A stretch of 63,868 nt of DNA from Setoptus koraiensis (GCA_048013815.1 CM106586.1:14074001-14137868); one strand, 5' to 3'. Positions 41,201 to 53,167 are shown, counted from the stretch's first letter. The notes: generated by a model not told the origin, from the sequence alone. Translations and numbers: made by a program.

Positions 41201-44200
41201 GAAGCAACGTCGAAACGAAGCGCCTCCAATCGAGGCGCCTCCGAATCGGAGCGACGAAGCCATTTCAACGCTGGCAGCCGACAAATGCTCAAATGAGCCG
41301 GCCCGGCCGACATAACAAGTGGCTCGGCTCAAGTGGAGTGACGGCGGCCGGCCCACGACACACAATTCGCGACGCAATCCGCCGGCCTCGTCTATCATCC
41401 GACTCTCCATTGCGCTCTCCATTCTGCGGCCACTGCAGGCCAAAGACAGAAATATTGCCCCCTCTCTCTCTCTGTGTGTCTCGATCGACAGTTGTTGTTT
41501 TTTACAAATTAATTCAACACACACACACACACTATATAAGTTATATTATATAAGTTATATCGTATAAGTTATATAACACTTATACAACATAGCTGCCTTA
41601 CATAACACTTGGCGTAACGCATTATATAACACATTGCGTAACACACACACACACATATTATGAGCACATGGTTAATAATATAATGGTTATGATGGTCAAC
41701 GGCGGAGACTTAGGCGACACACGATGGCCATTTCATTACTTTTGCCGGCCGGCCGGCCGGCCGACTGGCCGGCTGCGCACACGTCAAGCTAGCCCTTTTT
41801 GTGTTATTATTGTTGTGCCATTGTAATTGTAATGTAATATTATATAACAATCCGCTTGGCATTGTTGTGTTACGACGATAACAATGTGTCTTGCGAGACA
41901 CACAAAACGCTCCATTCGAGCCGGCTGGCCGAGCCGCTCGAGCCGCGCTGACCGGGCCGCTCGAGCCGCGCTGACCGGGCCGGCCGAAACGAGCCGAATC
42001 GGCTGGAGCGGCCGAAGCGGACGGAGCGACTGGAGCGGCCGAAGCGGACGGAGCGGCTGGAGCGGCCGAAGCGGGCCGTCCGGCGATGCGTCGGCTCGCG
42101 TGTGCATGCCGGCAAGTGATAATAGGCGCACAGTAGCGCCTTCTGTGCGAGTCACAGCGGTCGCGTCGAGTCACAGCGAGCGAGTTTTGAGCAAAAAGTT
42201 TGAGCAAAAAGTTTGCCAAACTTTGCCGAGTCGGCGCCGAACGGTCGGGCCGCCTGTCGTTGGCGGACCGGCCGAACGGTCAGAGCCGCTTGTCGGCCGA
42301 CGAGAGGCGGCCAAAAAATACCGATCCATCGTCCGTGTGCGATGATATTATTATTTGAGACAATTGACCCAAAATGAGCGAGCCAGCAGCGGGCCAAACT
42401 AAATGTATAATATTTGCCAAATGCGCACTGCACAGGAAGGGGGTCGATAATGAGCATGCACCAGGCGCCGGCTGGCCGGGCAGAGGAGCGCCGGTCAGCG
42501 AGTATCGGCCGTTGATGGTTTAATATCGGCAGGTAGACAGACAAATTGGCCAACGAGAGCAGCCTCGCTGACCGGTCTGGGCACGCCGGCTCGGCAGCAG
42601 CTGTGTTTGGCGCAGTGGATTGAGTTGCCATCGTGCTACTCACTATTGGATAACACACTGCTGTTGGTCAGCACACTGTTGCGTAACTCACTGCTGCCGC
42701 AAACACACAGGTGAGTCGCGGCACAGGTGAGCGCCGACCATAGTGGCCGCAGTGGTCGCAGTGGCCGCAGCGGCCGCAGTGGCCTATTATTTGCGGCGCG
42801 TCGACCTGTTTGTTTCTGCAGTGTGTGCCGGCCGACAGGTAGAGCGAGCGCAAGCTGGAACAGGTAGTGTTTTAGCCGGACAGCAGCAGCACACATTGTC
42901 GGCGCCGTCCAACAAAACCCCCAAAGACACGGCGCGCCAGTCAGCTGATCGGGCCGGCCAGACGAGGCGTCGGTGAACATTGTGTAAGATTGTTGCTGTT
43001 GCCGTTGCTGCTAATGCTGCTGCGTTGTTTGCGTCGGCCGAGCCGCCAAAATTGACCCTCTCCCATAACTATCATCATTAACTGTGTGGCGCATGTGACG
43101 TCCATTATTCCGACATTATTGCGCAACAGCGCCAGCAGTGACAACCGCGCTACATATTGGCGGGGTGGCTGCGTTCACCTGTTCACTCAACCTCTCACTC
43201 TCTGTCTTCACTTGGCTTCTTCTCTCGCCCGTCCGTCCGTCCGTCCGCTTGTCCGCTCGCCCGCTCGCCAGTTTGTCCGCTCGTCCGCTCGCCCGCTCGC
43301 CCGTTTGTCTGTGACTAACTGCGTCTGTGTGAGTGCGATCATTTTTATTTTATCACTTGCCCACTTGTGCCACTTGCCAGCGCCAGCGCCAGCGCCAGTG
43401 ACGCAACACCGGCCGCCACGCCGATGCCAATCGCTGCTGCGGCCAGCCGGCACAGCCGATGCAGCAAGACCAAACAAGAACAAAGAAGCCGTTGAGTGGA
43501 GTGGACGCCATTCACCTGTTGTGGCCGACACACACACACACGGCCGGAGAGTGCCGGCCGGCCGGCGAGCACATGACACAACAGCACAAGTTACATAACA
43601 CACACGCACACAGGGCTTGGTGTGTGCAAAGGAATTAGTAGTTAGGCCGGCTGCTGACCGCAACCACCACTGACAACAGCTCAACAGCTGATTGTCGGCC
43701 AAAACAATCAGCTGATGCGACGGCGTAATGACGTAACAATTGCACATGGTGCTGGAATGTCTGCCGGCCGGTGCGTCTCGCTTATGATTCATTCGTCGTC
43801 GTCGTTGCCGTCGTTGCCGTTGTTGGCGTCGTCGTTGCCGTTGTTGGCGTCGTCGTTGCTGTTGTTGGCGTCGGCGTTACAACCTGGCATCGCGCAGCAG
43901 ACTCGCCACAGTTTTCTTCGCAACAGCAACAACAGCAACAACAGCAACAGCAACAACAGCAGCAGCATCAACAACAACAGCAGCAACAACAAGTGCAACA
44001 GCGAGCGCTAAGAGACAACGAAATTGCACAGGCAGACAATTGATACATAGTTGCGCTTTAAACAAGAGACGAAGCCCCGCTTCCTGCCCCCCCCCCCTTC
44101 TCGACAACAACCTGTTGGCTGGCCGGGTATTCATAGGTGGAAAAAATAAATGGCTGCAGCGGCAGTCAGAGGCAGCAGTCAGAGACAGAGGGCAAAAAAT

Positions 44201-46470
44201 TGGCTTTCTTTCATATTTTCATCATCATTATTATTATTACTATTACTATTATTATTATAATAATTCATCTATTGCCGCCGAAACTGTTGCTAAGCAACTA
44301 TATCCACTGGCTGGCCGCGCCGGCCGGCCGGCCGGCTGACCATTGGCAACGCTCGCACGGTGTCGCTGCGTTTCGAAGAATGAAGGACACTCTCTCGACT
44401 TGTCTCCCTCTCTCTCTCTCTCTGGCTATTGGCAACTTCTTTGCTATTGGCCACGGCATGCAGTGTTGCATCATCCGACATGGTTGCATCAGCGAGTCGG
44501 CGGATGATGCAACGTCTATGACGACGACGACGAATAATGTTGGCTAATGTTGGCATTGGCCAATTGACCAAATGCAATGACTTACACTCAGACAGACACA
44601 CACTCAGACAGACATACACACAGTCAGACGACGTTTGAGACACCAAAGTAATATGACGCAATAATAACGTTGATATATTATGAGAGATGATGACGCAACT
44701 GGCATGGGATGATGGCGCAAATGGCGGCGCAAACGCAACATGGCCCAGTCAGCCTAAAGGCTGGCCAATTGTTGATCATTGATCGCAACTGATCGACTTT
44801 GTTCATCTCATTTATCGCCATCTCGGCCATTTGCGCTCGCGTGGCCCGTACGCTGGCCGCGCTACCGGCCCGCGAGCTACGGCCGGCCAGTCGGGCTACG
44901 CCGGCCGGCAAGTGGGCAATCAATGCGCTAAGCGATCGAGCCGACAACCAATGATCAACGAGCTAAGCGAGCCGATAAGTGGCGCGACAAAAGTGGGCCT
45001 CACAATGAATTGTCAGTGTCGACGCTCAGGGGGCGCCCCAGTCGCCGCTCTAACAGCGCAACAGACAGTGCATCATGACGCTGTGGCGAAAAATTGATGG
45101 CGCAAAAATAATGGAAAATAATGTAAAGGTGGCCGGCCAACGTTTTGTTCCGCGACTGTCTAACCACGTTCGAGGCAGCAACGACAGCAACAAATTATCA
45201 GCTGGCCGAGCAAATGGGATCAGCGCCGAAGCGATAATGCTTGCCGAGCGGCCAACAAACAATGAGCGAGAGAACAACAACAACAACAACAACAACAACG
45301 CCAACAACAACCTGTTGCTCCACGGCTGCCTCTTTCGATCATCTTCAGTCATGTGTGCGACGACGACTCGGGACGATGACGACCATGATGCAACATTACA
45401 TAACAGGTAAATGTGTGTGTGCGCGACTATGATATAAGAGAAGATAAACACACAGCCGGACGAACGCTGCACTTGCAGACAGGTAAATAAAGGCCGGTCG
45501 GCGGCCAGCGACAGTTCGTGTATCACGCTCGGGCGATTTTTTCGTGGCTCGTTCCGCCGGCGGGGGCGTGTGGCCATCAGGCAACAGGAAACTGCCGGCT
45601 GCTGTGCGTCGGCTACGCGAGCGGCTCACCTATCGCGGCCACTCACTGCCGGCTGCTGCCGGTGCGATGAGCGAATGAGCGACAAGGAGAAAAATTGATA
45701 AAATTGATAAAGTTGTGACTGGTGCACAGGCTAAAAATGAGCCGAATTGGCGGCCGGTAATTGGTCAGTCGGCGCCCGTCTGGCCAGTCGGCCAATCCGT
45801 CCCGGCCGACAGTGTCGGGCCGGCTCAGAGCGATACCCGCTCGGCCGATATCGCGCACTGTCCAATTTGCGATTTGCATAACTTTGCTCATTCTGTCGGC
45901 CGCTCGCCTGGCAGCGAACAATGCATCGCAAGACCGCCGAGAGGACACAATTAGTTTGCTCCGGCTATTCGGCCGTTCGGCCGCTTGGCCGGTTGGGTGC
46001 GGCCGGGCCGCCATTAGAGCGCCGTCTGGCCGGCCGGCCAGTGAGCGAGCCGGCCGCTCGCCTGGCAGCTAGTTAGACATGACAGGCGGACATGACGGCT
46101 TCGCTGGCAAGCCGGCTATTGGATTAGCAGCAAGCCGGTAATTTTATTATTTCGCACACACATGTATACATTACATAACAACGGCAACAGCGACACGCCA
46201 CAACAACCACAACCGCAACCACCGCACAAAGACAGCTGACAGGTTTATCGGATCACCTGTGCTGTTGTGTGGCAACAGCACAATAACGAATCTGGCCAAA
46301 AACTGGCAAAAACGATCTCTATGCAGGCCAATTTGTCTTGTTGGCTGGCCAGCATTTTTATTGCGCCGCAGGTTTGTTAGTTAGGCGCAACAAAGGCCGC
46401 TCGCGACAACAGTGCGACCGTTATCGTTGCGCAACTCGGCCGCCACTGACACAAGTTGTGCGTCGCTTGT

Positions 46471-46570
46471 GCGTTGGTTGTGCGCCGGTTGTGTGCCGGT
46501 TTTGTGCCGGTTGTGCGCCAGTTGTGCGCCGGTTGTGCGCCGGTTGTGCGCCGGTTGTGCGCCGGTTGTA
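46471..46570. repeat. 11-bp tandem repeat GCGCCGGTTGT, about 9 copies
   Basis: Read directly. Confidence 0.9.
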
Positions 46571-47254
46571 CGTGCGCGGCTTGTGCCGGCTGTCGCCATT
46601 CGCGGGGCGAACCTTTTTCCATCCGCGAAACCCTTCACATTGTCAAGTTCACAATGCCTGGCGAGACTTGAAAATATTAATTTCAAATACAAAATGTTGG
46701 GCCGCCAGAACCCAATTCAGTCATGGGGCGACCGCGTTCCACAGGAGCCATAGAGGGCGCTGTGACAAGGCGGTGCTCACAAGTGACAGTGACTCACAAC
46801 GTGCGGGCCGGCTCGTCGGGCCGGCGGGCCGCGTGCGAGCCACCCAGTCGCTGGCTGGGGCCGCGGATTTGGGCCGCCCACAGCCAGCGAGCGCTTTGTG
46901 GCAGCGCGCGGCTCGTTGTCGTCTGCCTGTTGTCATGTGGTGCCAGGCCGATGTGTCGCGCGGGGTCATGACCTGTCAAAATTGCGGCCGCTTTCTCCGC
47001 CGTCCATATCATACATAGTTATGTAATATTTTTAGCTGCTATTATTAGTATGCGAACAGCTGCTGGCGCGCCAGTCGTTGCGCAAGCAGCAACAAAGCCG
47101 CCGATGATAACATGTGCCAATTGTATCATATTGTCACCTCTTATCTGGCCGAGCCTGAGTGTGTTGCGCCAACAATGCACCGACAGTGTTTGCGTCAGAC
47201 AATCGTCAGCCACATCAATGTTGCCACTTTGTGCCCACGCTGTGCCCGCATCTG

Positions 47255-47355
47255 GCCGCATAGTGCCCACATTGCCCGCATAGTGCCCACATTGCCCGCA
47301 TAGTGCCCACATTGTGGCCGCATTGTGCCCACATTGTGCCCGCATTGTGCCCACA
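47255..47355. repeat. Composite 10/20-bp tandem repeat TGCCCACATTGCCCGCATAG
   Basis: Read directly. Confidence 0.85.
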
Positions 47356-49808
47356 TTTCGCGCCGAGTGCGGCGGTCGTGCCCGCGCCGTGCCCGCGCCG
47401 TGCCCTCGCAACCGCGTACCGCGCCATATGAGCCGGCCCCCGGCAGGTAAACGGGCAAGTTCAACGGTCGCCAGAGAGCGCATCGGCGGCTGGGCGCGCG
47501 ATTACCGCTGGCGCGGTCTCGCCAGCGATTATCGCGGTCTCGCCAGCGATTATCGCGATCTCGCCAGCGAAGGGTGGACACTGGTGAGTCACCAGTTTGG
47601 AATGAGCTCGCCCGTCAGCTTGTGAACGCACGTCAACGCGACTGACGCTCGTTTGCGTGGCGCCGCCGCGAGAGGCGCGCAACGCAAACAACGATCGGCC
47701 GGCGATGATCAACAAGTGACATTGTTGACAAATAATCGGCTCATAATGCCACTTGTGTTCGCTGTGCCGGCGGCGGCGGTTTTGGCACAGTTTTGGCGGG
47801 CGCAATTTGGCCATGGACGGCGGTAACGGTCGTGGGCGCGAACGAATCGTTTCTTCTATCGCTCGACAAATGGCTGGCACTTTGCGTGGCCAATGCAAGT
47901 GAGTCGGGCCTTGTTGTCGGTGCACTTGTTTGCATTGCTGTGTTTGCGGCTCAGGTGACAAGTGACAGAACAGAGCGAGCGATTGTTGTTGTTGTCGGAG
48001 TGGCAGTCGATTTCACACTTGATAAGAGCCTGTGGCCCGGCGACCGGCCGGCCCGATAAGGAGAGTGAGACGCAACAATCGGCGCAACCGCCGACCGGCA
48101 TCGAACGCCAACCACTTGTGGCTGCGGTTGCGCTTACAGCCGAGAAACGACAACAACAGCGGCAACAGCGACATCAGCGACATCAGCGACAACAACGGCA
48201 GCGACAACAACGGCAGCGACAACGGCGACAGCGACAAATTTCCGAGAGCAAAGCTCGGCCGGCCGGCTGCCGGCAAGCGAGGACAGGCTGGCAAAAAATG
48301 TCACCGCTTGCGCATTGTTGCCGTGACAACACCGACAGCCGCAACGACGCACAGTCCGATTGTGTCGCCGTCGTCGGTCGCCGTTGTCGCTGCCGGCGGT
48401 GGCCACAACAACAGCGACAACAGTGACAGCACAACAACAGTGACAACAGCGACAACGGCCACAACGGCCACAACGGCCGATTCCGAATTTCGAACTTGGT
48501 CGAAATTGGTCGGCAGTCGCGGCCGGCGAGGTTGCCCGGCCAGACGGGGAGCGTGAGCAAACATTGAGTTGGAGTCGATGTGCTAGGTGATAATTGTTTG
48601 CGATTTGTGTGCCATTTTGACCCGCTTGCACGGCGCTGTTGCGCGCTGCCGGCCCGCGACCGGCCGGCCTGCCGGCCGGTTGCTCGGTTGGCGGGTTGCG
48701 GGTTGCGGCGGCCCGCGGCCACATCTCGGCGGCGGGCGCCCACCAAGACACGCCGCCGACACTCATTTATACATACGTCTTACAGCAGTATTATGGCGGC
48801 CGCTAACGGCAATATAATATAAGTTGCTGGCGGTTGCGCAAGCCAACAACCATTAAGGCGGCGACAAGTGTCTGGGCATGTTGGCAAACAGCGTGATTGC
48901 ATTAATTGCATAAATCAATTGTCGCCCCGCTGACAGCTTATGATCGATCGTTGAGCACATTAATTGCTCACTTCACTCTCTGCGCTGCCTTCTTTGTTCG
49001 GCCGTTGCTGTTGTTGTTGCGGCCGTTGTTGTTGTTGTTGCTGCTGCTGTTGTTGGTGTTGTTGTTGCTGCTGTTGTTGTTGTTGGCGCTGTTGTTGGCG
49101 CTGTTGCCGTTTGGCAGTTGCCTTGGCACTTCGCTGGCTGCCAGTGGCGCTGACAGGCCGCCGAGCAGCTGATCGGCCGACAGCGGCCGCGCCAAGGCCG
49201 CTCGGTCTGGCGGCCCGACGCGCTCATGAAATCGATACTCATGCTCGCCCATGTTCGTTGGCGGAGCCTCGGCGAGCTTCGGCGAGCTTTGGCTCGCTCG
49301 CAGCTCGCTCGCAGCTCGCTCGCAGCCCGAACAATCATCGGCCAAACAACAATCTTTCTGTTGCGCCGGGCGGCAAGTTGGCGCGCGACTTGATGCATCA
49401 TCGATAATATGCGATAATTATTATGCAAACAAAAGATGATTCGCTTCTTTGTCGCTGCTCGGCGTTGGCCGACGCTGTCGTTGTTGGCGTTGCTGTTGCG
49501 CCGCGATTATCAGACACATTATTATCGCCGTGGCAAGATGCTGGCGCGCCAACAAGCGACGGGCCGGCGCTGCTCGCAGCCACGACTAACAAGTTTGCGC
49601 CGACGACAGCCAAGTGCGACAAGGCCAAAAGTAGAGGCTTGGTGTGATGCAGTTGTTTGGTTTACTTTGATTTGGATTGGATTGGATTGTTTCGCTGGCT
49701 GCAGCCAGCGAGCGACGGTGTGCGTGTGTGTGTGTTGTCAGTCAGACGCTATTTTGCTAGTTTGTTTGTTTGTTGTTGCTGGTGGCGCAACTGGCGTCGT
49801 GGCCGCTG

Positions 49809-49857
<49 letters not shown>

Positions 49858-50199
49858 GTTGTTGTTGGCCAAGCAATCGACAAATCGATCATCGGGATCA
49901 CAAGTTGACAAAGACAAACTTTTTCCTACTTCTTTTGTTTTTCACTGGCCTTTGTTTATTTACTTAGCCAGCTAGCAAGTTTGCTGCTTGCAAGAGCTGC
50001 GTCTTGGCGACCCGTCCAACGTCGAGCCAACGTCGACTGGCGGCGCCAGTGGCTGACGAATCGAGTCTCGGGCTCCACTATCGGGCTCCACTATCGGGCT
50101 CCAGTATGGGCCTAGTGGCGCGCTTAATTGTGCTTGTGCCCGCTCGCCAGCTTATATTATCTGCTGCTGCTGCAGCTCATATTATCCGGCTCGTATTAG

Positions 50200-50280
50200 C
50201 TGGCGCGTATTAGCTGGCCCGCAATGGCTGGCCCGCAATGGCTGGCTCGCAATGGCTGGCTCGCAATGGCTGGCTTGCCG
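50200..50280. repeat. 14-bp tandem repeat GCAATGGCTGGCTC, about 5 copies with drift
   Basis: Read directly. Confidence 0.8.
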
Positions 50281-50867
50281 TGGCTGGCTTGCGTTGGCGG
50301 ATGCGGGGCGCCCATTTAGCCGGCCGTGTTTTAGCGCTGTCGACATCGCATTCAGCGTCGCATAGGGCACAATCAATGAGCTATGATAGCTGCGACTGCT
50401 TAAATTTTACGCCACACAAACATACGCGTATAAATACGCGGATAAGCGCAAACAGACGCCGAGACACGCCGAGCTGCCTACAGACAGATGCAGATGAGCC
50501 AACGGAGACGAAGGGGAGCGAGCGAGAGAGCGCGAGAGCGAGCGAGAGAGCGCGAGAGAACGCGAGAGAGAAGCCAAAAACGGTAGCCCAAATGGAAATG
50601 CTAAAATACAAAACTAACTCTTCTCCTCGGCTCGCCTCGCCGTGCCACAAACGGGCTGCTAATTCAAATTCGCCGAGACACACAGCCGAGACACAGCCGA
50701 GACACAGTGGAGCCAGATTAGCTAGCTGGCTGTTTATAATCGCAAAAATATGCATAATAATCATTTTGGTTGGCACATGCATTTTATTACGCTTTGACGC
50801 TCGGCTAACATACGCGCCGTTGCTTAACAAGATAGATAGAAAGTCGCAAACGACCCTAGGCACTCAC

Positions 50868-52700
50868 CTTTCTTTTTGGCTTGTTTGAGGCGCTCCCAAT
50901 GTTGACTGCTTCGTCTAAACACAATGATGATCTTGATTGGTGTTGATCGCAGTTTAATGCAGTTGTGTCTACCTCCAGTGACGCAACTTCAATCATGTCA
51001 TTCCGATCGGCTTGTTGTTGCTGTTGTTGCAGTTGCAATTGCAGTTGTTGTTGCAGCTGTTGTTGCAGTTGTTGTTGCAGTTGTTGTTGCTCGACTTTGA
51101 TCAACATTTTGGCGTCGTCGTCGTCGGCGCCAGCAACGGCAGCGGTTGCAGTTGCGCCGCAGTCCTCTTGATGCATCAGCGCCTCTTCTTGCTGCGACCC
51201 ACTGTAGTGGAGCGTGTTAGTTGCGTTGTTGTGGTTGCTGTTGTGGTTGCTGTTGTGGTTGCTGTTGTTGTTGCTGTTGCTGGTCATGATGTTGTTGTCG
51301 TCTGCGACTATGGCGTTTTCGTCGCATCGACGACCATTCATGGAATCAATGGCTTCTTCACTTGTGAGACAATTAACGTTTTGCTTGCTGCTGCTGTTGA
51401 TTATGACGTGACTACTGTGACTTTCGCTTTCGTTTTGGCTGTTATCATCATTGTGATTGTGATTATCATTGTGACTAACGCTGATGATGCTGCTCGCTGC
51501 TGTTGCTGCTGAATTTTTGTTTGCTTGATTGGATTGATAGCGATTATCGGCGATTATTATCGGCGGACTAGGACCGCTAGTAGCGTTGGCCTGAGCTGTG
51601 CCGCAGCTGGATGCTTGCGCGACGAGAGAATTTTGGCTTTGATTTTGGGGCCCAGCAATGATAACAGTGCCATCAGCAGCGGTGGCAGTATTAGTTGTAG
51701 TGGTGCTGGTGGTTGTGGTTGTGGTTGTGGTGGTGGTGGTGGTAGTAGTAGAGATATTAGGCAGACTAGCGTGATTATGATGAGATTGACATTGAGATGA
51801 TTGTTGGGTTAGTGGCGAACAAGTTGCCAATTGCACTTGCTCTGCTTGACTGGGCTCCTCCGATGTTGATTTGGCCGCTGTTGATTGATTACTGTTGTTG
51901 GCGCTGTAGTTGAGATTGGCGTTGTTGTCTTGCTTGGCAGGACTTGTGTCAAGTTGGCCGCCGCTGCTGCTGCTGCCTTTATCACCGATATTATCTGCGG
52001 TGCGTCCGGCGTCTGTAGAGGCTTGCTCGAGTTGACAAGGTGCTGTTGCGGTTGTTGTTGTGGCGGTTGTTGTCGCTGTCGCTGTTGTTGGCGCTGCCGT
52101 TGCTGTAGCTGCTGTAGCTGCTGCTGTTGCTGTTGCGAGATCTAGTTGGAGATCACTGTCAGAGTGGCCGGCGCAACCACTGGCTCGCTGGTTGCTCGTG
52201 GTGGCGCCGTCTGACGCTTTTCGCTTATCATCGTCATCGGCGTTACAATCAGCTGAAGCATTGTCAATACTTGAACTGGCAGCTTCACTGACTGTGGTTA
52301 CGCAACCCAACGAAGACGCGACTCTGCCAACTGCCGAGACAGTTGTCTTGTCAGCTGACAGCGAATCGTGTCGTGTGTTGTTGTGATCGGTGGTTTCTGG
52401 TTTGCTAGTGGTAACAGGCGTTGTCGTTGAGTTGTTGTTGCTGTTGTTGTTGTTGTTGTTTTGTTGTTGCATATTATTGGCTTGTGTGCTGGCTGGCTGG
52501 CCAACAATCATCATCACATCATCAACTGGCTGCTGCTGCTGCGGCTGCTGTACCTTGTGGCCGGCAAGCTGCTGCTGCTGGCCCCCTGGCGACGGGCCCG
52601 CATTAGGGGGACACGAGCCGAGGCTCATGAGCACCATGGCGGCCATGCAGTCGTCCATGACGCCCGTCTCTGGCTGGCCGTCTTGCAATGCGGCGGCCAT
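50868..52700 (-). CDS. Glut4EF: ZNF395/ZNF704/SLC2A4RG-family (Glut4EF-like) transcription regulator, large 5' coding exon (611 codons); zinc-finger and CR3 exons not seen in window
   Basis: MDDCMAAMVLMSLGSCPP (52658-52605) matches the family CR1 motif (recalled human ZNF395 MDEMMAAMVLTSLSCSP). The exon ends LDE...KPKRK, like LDEPAPRKRK just before the family C2H2 finger, followed by AAG|GTGAGT at 50868/50867 (phase 0). ATG 52700 is in strong context (AAATGG). Sequence between the motifs is low-complexity N/T/Q/S. Confidence 0.72.
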
Positions 52701-53161
52701 TTGCTTCGATTCGATGTGGCGGCTGCGGCTGCGATGTGATGGAACTGTCGATATAACTTGAGCTCGATGTTCGCCGGTGTGAGTCACTCACAGTGTGTGT
52801 GTGTTCACTAATACTAATACTTATTGCGTAATGTCGATCGTTTGTCGATCGGTTTGATTCAGTTCGAGAGGCGCCACAGCACTAACAATCTTGCAATTGC
52901 GTCAGACGAAAAACAATGATCGGGCGACACTCACTGCACGCTTGTCATTGTGTAGGTGTGTGTGTGTGTCGTATTCTTGTCGTGTGTGTGTGTGTGTGTC
53001 GTTTCTTGTCGTGTTTGTGTGTGTGTGTGTGGTGGCCCTGTCGGCCGTTATTGTCACTGTTGCAGTCAGTGTTTGTGTTGATGGCGTTGACGCTGTTGTT
53101 GTTGCTGCTGCTGCCGTTGTTGTTGTTGTTGTTGTTGCGCTCTCATCGACGACCAAACTCA

Positions 53162-53167
53162 AACTGA
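53162..53167 (-). promoter_or_regulatory. Arthropod initiator-like TCAGTT upstream of the Glut4EF-like exon
   Basis: TCAGTT on the minus strand about 460 nt upstream of ATG 52700; no DPE match at +28. Confidence 0.2.

Larger units (their letters stand above)
1..50867 (-). other. Putative giant intron (at least 50.8 kb) of the Glut4EF-like gene, carrying dense cis-regulatory-like sequence
   Basis: Starts at a consensus donor. No CxWxxC finger, FYYTE-like or WKKAC-like (CR3) coding sequence was found by eye in the minus-strand ORFs. Short exons could have been missed. Confidence 0.6.

Noticed and set aside
16170-42870. CAGGTAG (Zelda/TAGteam) pairs
   Set aside because: Few copies, and Zelda is not known from chelicerates; more simply variants of the CAGGT(G/A) repressor sites.
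45600-45740. Microexon or 84-nt exon ending at a GTGAGT or GTGAGC donor
   Set aside because: Several competing AGs, no clear CTAAY branch, and no family similarity in translation; not excluded without RNA data.
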